A DNA stretch of 64,000 bases from Alphaproteobacteria bacterium (GCA_965216755.1 CBDCGL010000011.1:1312001-1376000), one strand, 5' to 3'. Shown: positions 40,185-48,943, counted from the first letter of the stretch. The notes: generated by a model from the sequence alone, not told the origin. Made by a program: numbers and translations.

Positions 40185-42725
40185 TTAGTTGTCACGCCGG
40201 AAAACGTGGCCACGTGCCGTGGCAAGCTTGTCCCATCCGGGCCTGTGGGTGAGCTCTGTCTTGGACATGTTGACCAGAATCGTATTGTACGCGAACGCGC
40301 CCGCCGGACTCGGTTCGTCGGCTGTCAAGAAGTCCGGATTGCCCGAGCGGTCGACCCCTGTTTCATCGAGATCCATCCAGGCCCCTTCGTGCAGAACGAC
40401 GACGCCGGGCATGCACCTTTCGGTCACATAGGCCGGCACAACCGTGGCACCACGATCGTTCCAAACATAGACGGCGTCACCAGTCTTGATACCCAACCCC
40501 TCGGCGTCTTTCGTGTTGATCGTCACCTCTTGCTCGTAGGTCTCGCGCAACCAAGGAATGTTGTTGAAGATCGAATGGGTGCGCCACCGGGGATGCGGCG
40601 TGATCATGTGGAACGGATACTTCTCCGCTTTCGGGTGATTGAGCGACTCCCACGGCTCAATCCATTTCGGGATGTAAGGGATCGGCGCGCCAAACTGCGT
40701 CTTCTTCCAATCCGTGACCGACGCCAACTGTGTCGAGAAAATCTCAACCTTTCCTGACGGAGTCGAGAACGGTTGACCTTTCTCGACTTGATCCCGGAAC
40801 GCAACGTGTGGTTCGTCGAGCTCAAATTTGTAGACCCCACGTTTCTTGAACTCATCCCACGATATCTCGACGTGGTGGTGATGCCGTACTTTGGTCTCCC
40901 ACCACTCACTGAGATACGCTTCGTCGACAGCGTCGTCATTGTAGAAATAGTCGCGCGTGGCCTTCGGATTGAAGACGTTTCCAAATCCCAATCGGAAGCC
41001 GAGCTCGGTGAAGATCTGCAAGTCGCTTTTGCTTTCCCCCAACGGCTCAATGACTTTCGGCCGATGAATGTAGTAATGCCCCTTGTACCAAGGTAGGGCC
41101 ACGTCGTGCCGTTCGAAATGCGTGGCTACCGGTAGTAACACGTCGGCCCAAATCCCGGACGGGGTTATCGTGGAGTCTTGGCAAACCACGAGATCAAGCT
41201 TCTTTATGGCTTCGATCTCTTTGTTGATATTCGTCAACTGATTGAACCAATCGGATGCCTGCCACCAAATTGCACGGATATTCGGAATCACGCCGTCCAT
41301 TGGCCCAGGTTTTGGCCACAATCCAACATCCTCGCGCCGCACATACGGGTAGTTCAACACACAATGCGCCCACCGATCGGACTTAATCGCAGCCGCGTGC
41401 ACGTTAGCATATTGATCGTATGGGCCGGCGACGCTTTCCATATGCCAGCCCTTGCCGACACCTTCACTCGAACCGCCCAAAACACCGATGTTCCCGGTTT
41501 GCGCTTGCAGCGCCGCGGCCATACGGCTGTATTGTTCCCCATAGGCGGCGCGCCCGGGCGCCCAAGACGCCTTGAGCGCGGCTGGCTTGGTTGTGCCATA
41601 CATTTCGGCCAATTTCTTGATGTCCGCGGCGGACACACCGCAAATGGGTTCGGCCCACTCCGGTGTTTTTGGTTGACCATCATAACGGCCATAAATGTAG
41701 TCGCGGAAGTTCTCCATATTGGCCGCCCAGGGCGGCATGGTGCCCTGATCCATTCCCAAGCAGAATCTATCGATGAAATCTTGATCCTGCCAATTATTCT
41801 CAAAAATGTGGAAGGCCATGGCGGCAAGCATCGCCGCGTCTGTGTTCGGCTTGATCGGAATCCACCATGCGTCGTAGGCGGCTGCCGAGTCCGTGTACTG
41901 AGGATCGACGACGACAAATTTGCAGCCGCGTTGCTTCGCCAGCCGCATATAGTAGAACGTATTGCCGCCATGAAATGTGTAAGCCGGATTCCAGCCCCAC
42001 ATAATGATCAATTTGGAATGAGCGAACGCGTCATCCTCGTTGCCGTCTTCGATTGTTCCGAACGTCTGTAGTGAACTAAATGTTGTACCTTGATAGGATG
42101 GCACGGACCATGACACGGTGCGGCAGCCAAATATGCCGAGGAACCGACCCAGAGACCCTTCGATCTGATCCGACTTGTGCAGGGCACCCCAAGACGCACC
42201 CGCATAGGACTGATCGAGAATGGCCGTCGGGCCGTATGTATTCTTCAGGTGCAACATGCGCTCGGCGAGATAGTCAAGGGTATAGTCCCAAGACGCGCGT
42301 TTGAACTTGCCCTCACCACGTGCGCCGACCCGGATCATTGGGTAAAGCAACCGTTCCGGCGAATAAATACGCGATCGATACGATCGGCCACGCAAGCAAG
42401 CCCGCACTTGCGGCACCGCTTCCGTGTCAGTGTTAAACGCATCGCCTTGATAGGTTCCGTCGTCCGTCGACAAGCGAACGATCACATTGCCCTTTTTGTG
42501 CGCAACCAGCATATGGCGCGAACCACAGTTGTGTGCGCAGCTGGTGACAACCGTGGTGAGCTCATCATCCGTGTAATAGGGCTCATAAGCGAACGCGTCA
42601 GCCTGTTGGCTCTGTGCGGTGCTCACCAAGCCGGCCGTCGCGCCGGCGGCGGCCGATTGCAGAAAGCCCCGCCGCGAAACATTGAACGCTGATCTCAATT
42701 CATCCAGGCGATTTTGTTTAGTCAT
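40185..42725 (-). CDS. dmsA: Tat-exported DMSO reductase family molybdoenzyme, DmsA-like (substrate unresolved)
   Basis: SRRGFL Tat motif; CAHNCGSRH...RACLRGRS; RLLYPMIRVGARGEGKF; PNTDAA; PKTPEWA; TPSGKVEI; RTHS. Confidence 0.8.
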   Translation of the reverse strand: MTKQNRLDELRSAFNVSRRGFLQSAAAGATAGLVSTAQSQQADAFAYEPYYTDDELTTVVTSCAHNCGSRHMLVAHKKGNVIVRLSTDDGTYQGDAFNTDTEAVPQVRACLRGRSYRSRIYSPERLLYPMIRVGARGEGKFKRASWDYTLDYLAERMLHLKNTYGPTAILDQSYAGASWGALHKSDQIEGSLGRFLGIFGCRTVSWSVPSYQGTTFSSLQTFGTIEDGNEDDAFAHSKLIIMWGWNPAYTFHGGNTFYYMRLAKQRGCKFVVVDPQYTDSAAAYDAWWIPIKPNTDAAMLAAMAFHIFENNWQDQDFIDRFCLGMDQGTMPPWAANMENFRDYIYGRYDGQPKTPEWAEPICGVSAADIKKLAEMYGTTKPAALKASWAPGRAAYGEQYSRMAAALQAQTGNIGVLGGSSEGVGKGWHMESVAGPYDQYANVHAAAIKSDRWAHCVLNYPYVRREDVGLWPKPGPMDGVIPNIRAIWWQASDWFNQLTNINKEIEAIKKLDLVVCQDSTITPSGIWADVLLPVATHFERHDVALPWYKGHYYIHRPKVIEPLGESKSDLQIFTELGFRLGFGNVFNPKATRDYFYNDDAVDEAYLSEWWETKVRHHHHVEISWDEFKKRGVYKFELDEPHVAFRDQVEKGQPFSTPSGKVEIFSTQLASVTDWKKTQFGAPIPYIPKWIEPWESLNHPKAEKYPFHMITPHPRWRTHSIFNNIPWLRETYEQEVTINTKDAEGLGIKTGDAVYVWNDRGATVVPAYVTERCMPGVVVLHEGAWMDLDETGVDRSGNPDFLTADEPSPAGAFAYNTILVNMSKTELTHRPGWDKLATARGHVFRRDN

Positions 42726-42795
42726 TACTGAGTTCCTGTCTGGTGTCGCCTACTGCACAACTTGTCGTTGCTATTTCCTGCCATGACGTTTGACG

Positions 42796-43596
42796 TCACT
42801 GCGCGTTGATGCGAAAGCGTGACGCCGACTCGGTCGGGCGATCGACCGCCCATTCCGGCGTTTCTTCCGGCATGTCCGGCCAAGGATGTCGCGGGTATGG
42901 ATACGATGTCGCGTACCACGCACGGCCACCATGACAGCCGTAGCAAACATCTGAGCTCTCTCTTGCCAGTTCTTCTATGGCATCTGCCTTGAGGTAGTTG
43001 ACGTTGTGCCGAACCGTACGGAACAGTTCCTCATGACACAGCTGGCATCCATTGGGTGTCGCCTCATCCTCCAGATCAACACGAACTTCTGGCCAAGGCC
43101 CCTCGACGCCGAGCATCAGTTCGTTTGGAAAACGCCCATGACACAACAAGCACGTTTCTTGAGGGACCACCGACTTACGTAAACTAAATCCAGCGTCAGC
43201 GGCGGTCGGTGGTATGGGTGCTTCTTCACGGGGATCGTGACCCAGGTGGCAGGTGTTGCATTGCAAATCCATAACCTGCGTCGCGTATGGGGTTATCAAA
43301 TGCCTCCGATGAAAAGTTTCTTGATCTCCCTGATATGTATCCAATGTCTGATACCACGCCGTTGATTCCACAGCTTCAACGCCTGCCGGCGACTCGCTTA
43401 GAACGCGGCGGTCGATAATTTCCTGGTGACAGGACAAACATTGATCGTTCGTTGCTGACTCGATTGCCGGCCGGAAATGAATTGGATCCCAGATGGCGCT
43501 CTCATAGTCGATCTCCGCGGCACTAGCACCGGACGCCGCCCACAACCCGACATACATGGCAGTCAACGGCCGCACGATGGCCATCACCTTATTCAT
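42796..43596 (-). CDS. Periplasmic pentaheme cytochrome c
   Basis: Signal peptide; five CxxCH motifs: CLSCH, CNTCH, CLLCH, CQLCH, CYGCH. Confidence 0.88.
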   Translation of the reverse strand: MNKVMAIVRPLTAMYVGLWAASGASAAEIDYESAIWDPIHFRPAIESATNDQCLSCHQEIIDRRVLSESPAGVEAVESTAWYQTLDTYQGDQETFHRRHLITPYATQVMDLQCNTCHLGHDPREEAPIPPTAADAGFSLRKSVVPQETCLLCHGRFPNELMLGVEGPWPEVRVDLEDEATPNGCQLCHEELFRTVRHNVNYLKADAIEELARESSDVCYGCHGGRAWYATSYPYPRHPWPDMPEETPEWAVDRPTESASRFRINAQ

Positions 43597-43967
43597 TGTT
43601 GCCCCACCACTTGTTGCGTCGCCCCACTCATGGAGGCCGTTTCTTCATTGGATATCTCGCTGTGGCTCTGGTGCCATCCACGAATGTCGTACGGTCCGGT
43701 CATGCCTGGACGTGTAAAAGGCGTGAACCAGGCCCCCTGATCTTCGAGAAAACGGAGACTATAGGGATAAGGACTGTCGACGCCTGTGAGGGCGTGGTCA
43801 TACCAAGCCCCATTCTTTTCCAACTCATGGACCACCGGCGCGTCTGCCGGCCGCTGATCTGGCTTGGTTCCAGCGACTGAAAGAGTTGTTTGGCTGGCTT
43901 GCGCGCCTACATGTCCGAGACTGGCCAGAACGACACCCGCCAGCGGCACAAGTTTCCACAGTGTCAT
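43593..43967 (-). CDS. Small secreted hypothetical protein
   Basis: Signal peptide MTLWKLVPLAGVVLASLGHVGA; aromatic-rich core; ATGA overlap with the cytochrome gene. Confidence 0.72.
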   Translation of the reverse strand: MTLWKLVPLAGVVLASLGHVGAQASQTTLSVAGTKPDQRPADAPVVHELEKNGAWYDHALTGVDSPYPYSLRFLEDQGAWFTPFTRPGMTGPYDIRGWHQSHSEISNEETASMSGATQQVVGQQ

Positions 43968-44082
43968 GCTATTTCTCACTCTTCTTTTTCTTGCCCGCAC
44001 GCGTCGTCCCTCCCGGCTGGTAAACGCTGTCAAAGAAAATCCTGAACTCTTGGTCATCCTGCCAGTCGCTGGCCTCATCCGG

Positions 44083-44541
44083 CTAGTTTGTCACGTCGGA
44101 GTTATCCTGATCCACATTGCTCGGTCCCGCCATCGGTTGTGTGGCAGTCGGTGCCTGGCCATGCATCCACGGCATGGAGCGCGGTCCTTGTTGGCCAAAT
44201 AACAAGCCCGCCGGTGCGTAAAGCAGCAGCCCACCATCTGGCGCGACCCGAAAGAACCCGCGGGAATTGACCAGATTTGTGCTGCCGAACATGCCCAGGA
44301 TCGTGTACATCACCTCAGGCGGCACGACTTGGCTCACAGGATAAAGGACGATCCCCCCATTTGGCATAAACTGAAAGAAGCCATGGGCGTCCACCAACGA
44401 ACCAACGGCGATCGGCTGATCTGGATTAGCCGGCACAAGCGACTGACCATCTTGCGCGAGAACTTGCATCGGTTTGGCCGCCATGAATGCTGTCATGAGC
44501 AAGACGACGCCAAAACTTGTCACACGCCTAATTACAATCAT
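44083..44541 (-). CDS. Small secreted protein with two G-F-F...LY motifs (related to 33844..34266)
   Basis: Signal peptide ending VLA; GFFQFMPNGGIVLYP and GFFRVAPDGGLLLYAP. Confidence 0.72.
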   Translation of the reverse strand: MIVIRRVTSFGVVLLMTAFMAAKPMQVLAQDGQSLVPANPDQPIAVGSLVDAHGFFQFMPNGGIVLYPVSQVVPPEVMYTILGMFGSTNLVNSRGFFRVAPDGGLLLYAPAGLLFGQQGPRSMPWMHGQAPTATQPMAGPSNVDQDNSDVTN

Positions 44542-44690
44542 TGTCTAACTCACAATGTTCCGATCGTGCCATCATGCGTGAAGGTCGCAATCGGGAAGAA
44601 AGAGGCTTCGCGGTGAGTGTCCGGAAAACAACTGACTCGACTTCTGTCGGCGTTCACCGGACACATACACCATGCTAGCGCTTTAGCGTT

Positions 44691-46088
44691 TTAGCGCGGC
44701 GGTTCCCAGTTGCGGGCTGCCATACCTGGCATACCTTGCATGCCCCACATGCCGGGCATACCCTGCATGCCCCACATTCCGGGCATACCCTGCATGCCCC
44801 ACATTCCGGGCATACCCTGCATGCCCCACATTCCGGGCATGCCCTGCATACCCCACATTCCGGGGTAGCTGGCGTACATCCCCCACATGCCGGGGTTCAT
44901 CCCCCACATACCAGGCATACCTTGCATGCCCCACATACCGGGCATGCCGTACATGCCGCCCATGCCCCACATGCCAGGGTTCATGCCCCACATACCGGGC
45001 ATACCTTGCATGCCCCACATACCGGGCATGCCGTACATACCGCGCATGCCCCACATGCCAGGCATTCCGTACATGCCGCCCATACCGGGCATGCCGTACA
45101 TGCCGCCCATGCCCCACATGCCAGGCATTCCGTACATGCCGCCCATACCGGGCATGCCGTACATGCCGCCCATGCCCCACATGCCGGGGTTCATCCCCCA
45201 CATGCCGCGCATGCCATACATGCCGGGCATTCCGTACATGCCACCCATGCCGCGCATGCCCCACATGCCGGGCATTCCGTACATGCCGCCCATGCCGGGA
45301 TAGTTCGCGTACATGCCATACATACCGCCCATACCGGGCATTCCGTACATACCGCCCATGCCCCACATGCCGGGGTTCATCCCCCACATGCCGCGCATGC
45401 CATACATGCCGGGCATTCCGTACATGCCACCCATGCCGCGCATGCCCCACATGCCGGGCATTCCGTACATGCCGCCCATGCCGGGATAGTTCGCGTACAT
45501 GCCATACATACCGCCCATACCGGGCATTCCGTACATACCGCCCATGCCGGGCATGCCGTACATGCCGCCCATACCGGGCATGCCGTACATGCCGCCCATA
45601 CCGGGCATTCCGTACATGCCGCCCATGCCCCACATGCCGGGGTTCATCCCCCACATGCCGCGCATGCCATACATGCCGGGCGTTCCGTACATGCCGCCCA
45701 TGCCGGGATAGTTCGCGTACATGCCGCCCATGCCCCACATGCCGGGGTTCATCCCCCACATGCCGCCCATGCCGGGATAGTTCGCGTACATGCCGCCCAT
45801 GCCCCACATGCCGGGATTCATCCCCCACATGCCGCGCATGCCATACATGCCGCCCATGCCCCACATGCCGGGGTTCATCCCCCACATGCCGCGCATGCCA
45901 TACATGCCGGGCATTCCGTACATGCCACCCATGCCGGGATAGTTCGCGTACATGCCGGGCATGCCTTGCATGCTCCACATGCCGGGATACATCCCCTGCA
46001 TACCTTGGCCGGCGGATGGCTGTGACATCATTAGCATCGCGCCAATGACCATCGCCGTACCGGCCACTCTCCTTAGCTGCTTCAACAT
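44691..46088 (-). CDS. Secreted methionine-rich (Gly-Met-X)n repeat protein, 465 aa
   Basis: Signal peptide, GGAAGG RBS-like sequence upstream; mature part almost entirely [18 protein letters not shown] triplets interrupted by NP and YANYP. Confidence 0.85.
   Translation of the reverse strand: MLKQLRRVAGTAMVIGAMLMMSQPSAGQGMQGMYPGMWSMQGMPGMYANYPGMGGMYGMPGMYGMRGMWGMNPGMWGMGGMYGMRGMWGMNPGMWGMGGMYANYPGMGGMWGMNPGMWGMGGMYANYPGMGGMYGTPGMYGMRGMWGMNPGMWGMGGMYGMPGMGGMYGMPGMGGMYGMPGMGGMYGMPGMGGMYGMYANYPGMGGMYGMPGMWGMRGMGGMYGMPGMYGMRGMWGMNPGMWGMGGMYGMPGMGGMYGMYANYPGMGGMYGMPGMWGMRGMGGMYGMPGMYGMRGMWGMNPGMWGMGGMYGMPGMGGMYGMPGMWGMGGMYGMPGMGGMYGMPGMWGMRGMYGMPGMWGMQGMPGMWGMNPGMWGMGGMYGMPGMWGMQGMPGMWGMNPGMWGMYASYPGMWGMQGMPGMWGMQGMPGMWGMQGMPGMWGMQGMPGMWGMQGMPGMAARNWEPPR
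45166..45548. repeat. Exact 186-bp-period tandem duplication inside the Met-rich gene
   Basis: 45166-45362 is identical to 45352-45548 (for example TAGTTCGCGTACATGCCATAC at 45301 and 45487). Confidence 0.8.
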
Positions 46089-46372
46089 TTAACGAACCTT
46101 CCTCATAACAATTGTTCGGTCGGCTTAGACTTCACTCAATCCTCGAATCCCAGTTGCAAGTGCCGCCGTTCAAGGTCCGACACCGACAAATCTCGATCTT
46201 GGACCGGCGTTGCGGACAGAACATCAGCTATGCATCGTTGTTCCGTGAACCCTATCCATTTGTTCGCACTGCAACCTTTCGCCGTTTTATTGACGGCATT
46301 GAATAAAAAGATCTGTGGCTTACGCCCCGTTCTTGAGGGAACGGCCCAGTTGCTCTGTCAGAATTCCCAAGC

Positions 46373-46402
46373 CATGGTGGGCGCTCTGTTGCGCCCACCA
46401 TG
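46373..46402 (-). terminator. Stem-loop just downstream of the first Met-rich gene (terminator or mRNA stabiliser)
   Basis: CATGGTGGGCGC-TCTGTT-GCGCCCACCATG, perfect 12-bp stem; no clear U-tract. Confidence 0.5.
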
Positions 46403-46413
46403 CTGCAGTCGAC

Positions 46414-47451
46414 TTAGCCGTCTTTATCGTCGTCGGACTCACCCGACATGCCTTCCATGCCGGACATACCTTCCATGCCGGTCATGCCGGACATACCGCT
46501 CATGCCGGACATACCTTCCATGCCGGACATACCGCCCATGCCGGACATACCTTCCATGCCGGACATGCCTTCCATGCCGGTCATGCCTTCCATGCCGGTC
46601 ATTCCGGGCATCCCCGTCATACCCATTCCAGGCATGCCGTACATTCCGCCCATGCCGGGCTGTAACGCAGCCAAGTTTGCCGGATAGAGCGTGATGACGT
46701 TACCAGGGCCAACGGTGAAGTAGCCGGCGAAGACCGCGCCACCACTCATGCCTTGCATGCCGCCCATACCGGGCATGCCTTGCATGCCGCCCATACCGGG
46801 CATGCCTTGCATTCCCCACATACCGGGCATGCCTTGCATACCCCACATACCGGGCATGCCTTGCATACCCCACATGCCGGGCATGCCTTGCATTCCCCAC
46901 ATGCCGGGCATGCCTTGCATTCCCCACATACCGGGCATGCCTTGCATTCCCCACATGCCGGGCGTGCCTTGCATTCCCCACATGCCGGGCATGCCTTGCA
47001 TTCCCCACATGCCGGGATAGTTGGCATACCGTTGGCCTTGCATGCCCCACATGCCGGGGTTCATCCCCCACATGCCGGGCATACCTTGCATACCCCACAT
47101 ACCGGGATAGTTCGAATACTGTTGACCTTGCATGCCCCACATGCCGGGGTTCATCCCCCACATGCCGGGCATACCTTGCATACCCCACATGCCGGGCATA
47201 CCTTGCATACCCCACATACCGGGCATACCTTGCATACCCCACATACCGGGCATGCCTTGCATACCCCACATGCCGGGATAGTTCGAATACTGCTGACCTT
47301 GCATGCCCCACATACCGGGCATACCTTGCATACCCCATTGATTGGGCATAGTTTGCTGGCTATGTGCCGTGCTTGTCGCGCTCAGTGACGCCATCGCAAC
47401 AACGGCAACGAGGCCAACAACCCTCCCAATCTTTTTTAGCGTACTAATCAT
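46414..47451 (-). CDS. Secreted methionine-rich repeat protein, 345 aa: (GMQGMPGMW)n, one LYP motif, acidic (GME/GMS/GMT)n tail
   Basis: GAGG RBS; signal peptide ending TAHS; 27-bp repeat units; GYFTVGPGNVITLYP; ends GESDDDKDG. Confidence 0.85.
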   Translation of the reverse strand: MISTLKKIGRVVGLVAVVAMASLSATSTAHSQQTMPNQWGMQGMPGMWGMQGQQYSNYPGMWGMQGMPGMWGMQGMPGMWGMQGMPGMWGMQGMPGMWGMNPGMWGMQGQQYSNYPGMWGMQGMPGMWGMNPGMWGMQGQRYANYPGMWGMQGMPGMWGMQGTPGMWGMQGMPGMWGMQGMPGMWGMQGMPGMWGMQGMPGMWGMQGMPGMWGMQGMPGMGGMQGMPGMGGMQGMSGGAVFAGYFTVGPGNVITLYPANLAALQPGMGGMYGMPGMGMTGMPGMTGMEGMTGMEGMSGMEGMSGMGGMSGMEGMSGMSGMSGMTGMEGMSGMEGMSGESDDDKDG

Positions 47452-47623
47452 TCGTACCTCTATGTCGCCGTCTCCCGTGGAGACAGCGGTCCTTTAATGT
47501 GCTGACCGAGAAAAGACGCCGCAGCACCCGGGATGAACATTTCCTAGGTACTGTGGCTCGAATTCCCACCTAACTGCTTGCCTTCCCGTTGACGCCGCTG
47601 ATTGCGGCGCCGGCTTTTTAATA

Positions 47624-47639
47624 AGCAGATTTCGTGCCA
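47624..47639 (-). promoter_or_regulatory. Sigma-54 (-24/-12) promoter for the Met-rich/DmsAB cluster
   Basis: Minus strand TGGCACGAAATCTGCT = GG-N10-GC, close to consensus TGGCACG-N4-TTGCW; about 170 bp upstream of ATG 47451; a sigma-54 activator is encoded in the cluster. Confidence 0.8.
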
Positions 47640-47656
47640 GCCTTAGCGTGCAAGCG

Positions 47657-47669
47657 TAAGTATTTGAAA
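47657..47669 (-). promoter_or_regulatory. Putative IHF site between promoter and UAS
   Basis: Minus strand TTTCAAATACTTA versus WATCAANNNNTTR (one mismatch), in an AT-rich patch. Confidence 0.45.
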
Positions 47670-47716
47670 TTTTGTATGAATTCGACTTCGGCCACGTTCA
47701 AGGGCCTGTCTCTAAC

Positions 47717-47796
47717 CTGCCAAATTGGCAGACAAATCGGAGACCGAAATTAAGAATCTCTTGTTTTCAGCAGCTTGGAACCTGACATAATGTCAG
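47717..47796. promoter_or_regulatory. Two palindromic candidate upstream activator sequences
   Basis: CTGCCAA-A-TTGGCAG (47717-47731) and CTGACAT-A-ATGTCAG (47782-47796), both perfect inverted repeats. Confidence 0.6.
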
Positions 47797-47869
47797 CGTC
47801 GCGCCGAATGCAATGCGTTATCTGTGGCGAGGGCTCGGCGCGGCGTCAGTCCAGTGCGCGCCGACGGCG

Positions 47870-48943
47870 TCAATTGGCATCGACAAATCCGCGTTTGATG
47901 GTGTCCGTCGTCAACCCTGTTGCTTGGGCCGCGTCTGACACTTGCTGCCGTGTCTTTGGGTCCAACGGAATGCCGTTCGCCAGGCGCTCTGTTTTGGTCC
48001 GCCGCTCAACCATGCCCGGCAACAATACCTCAGCGTCATCTGACACAGGCGGTGAAGCCGTAATAAAATCAACGAAGCGATCCATATCGCCGCCCATGGC
48101 AGCCGTACCGGCCAAGCGCTCTGGATCAATCAAGATTGCCAACAGATTGTTGATTGGTCGGTCAGCGCTTGGATTGTCCGGATGGCCCGTGCCGCCGCCG
48201 ACCATGGCACCCGCAAATAATTCCACAAATATCGACAGCCCATGACCCTTGTGCCCGGCTGCGGTCGTCAGTGCACCCGGTGGATCCGTATAGAACGCTT
48301 CCGGATTTCGACTCGGTTGGCCCCGGTTGTCGATGATCGCCCCTTCAGGTAGCCGCGCGCCGCGGTTGCGGGCCACGCGGATTTTGCCTGCTGCGATGGC
48401 GCCGGTCGACATGTCGTGAATGATGGGGTCGTGATCCGGACGCGGCACACCCAGTGCAATCGGATTCACCGACAGGCGACGGTCGCTGCCGCCGTAGGGC
48501 GCAACTTGAATGCCATAGCCAGTTGTATTGACGAAATGAAGCGAGGCGAATCCCGCGACCGCGGCCTGTTCGGCCCAAGCTCCGATACGGCCCATATGGC
48601 CACTGTTGCGCACGCCAATCACTGAAACGCCATGCCGACGCGCCCGATCAATGCCGAGGTCGATCGCCTCCTTCGCGATCACTTGGCCAAATCCTTGCCG
48701 ACCATCAACAGTAACAGTGGCACCGCCGTCCGCAACAATCTCGATATGCTGATTTGCGGTCAGCTTGCCATCTTTCATCAAGCCGACATAAGGCGCGACG
48801 CGGATCACACCATGGCTGTCATGGCCCATCAGATTCGACTCGATCAAATGGAGCCCGACAAGTCCGGCCTCCTCTGAGGAGCAACCGGCACACTCGAAAA
48901 TTCGACAAACCAGATCCTGGAGGGGTTCTGCGGCAACGTTCAT
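47870..48943 (-). CDS. Ldh_2 family (malate/L-lactate/ureidoglycolate; YbiC/HcxB-like) dehydrogenase
   Basis: GHDSHGV, GFGQV, HMGRIG, NPIA, DMST, GHKGHGL, LLPG. Start placed at ATG 48943. Confidence 0.88.
   Translation of the reverse strand: MNVAAEPLQDLVCRIFECAGCSSEEAGLVGLHLIESNLMGHDSHGVIRVAPYVGLMKDGKLTANQHIEIVADGGATVTVDGRQGFGQVIAKEAIDLGIDRARRHGVSVIGVRNSGHMGRIGAWAEQAAVAGFASLHFVNTTGYGIQVAPYGGSDRRLSVNPIALGVPRPDHDPIIHDMSTGAIAAGKIRVARNRGARLPEGAIIDNRGQPSRNPEAFYTDPPGALTTAAGHKGHGLSIFVELFAGAMVGGGTGHPDNPSADRPINNLLAILIDPERLAGTAAMGGDMDRFVDFITASPPVSDDAEVLLPGMVERRTKTERLANGIPLDPKTRQQVSDAAQATGLTTDTIKRGFVDAN

Noticed and set aside
40185-42725. Perchlorate/chlorate/nitrate or arsenite/iodate-type molybdoenzyme
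   Set aside because: Motifs are DmsA-like; there is no NarG-type first-position His and no Rieske subunit.
44691-47340. Possible CRISPR array or non-coding satellite
   Set aside because: No unique spacers and no cas genes; repeat units are multiples of 3 within coding frames.
44683-47388. Long His-rich or Cys-rich ORFs in other frames (HAPHAGH..., RHARHV..., CGECKAC...)
   Set aside because: Shadows of the GGC-ATG-NNN repeat; only the Gly-Met-X frames have an RBS and signal peptide, and variation is synonymous in those frames.
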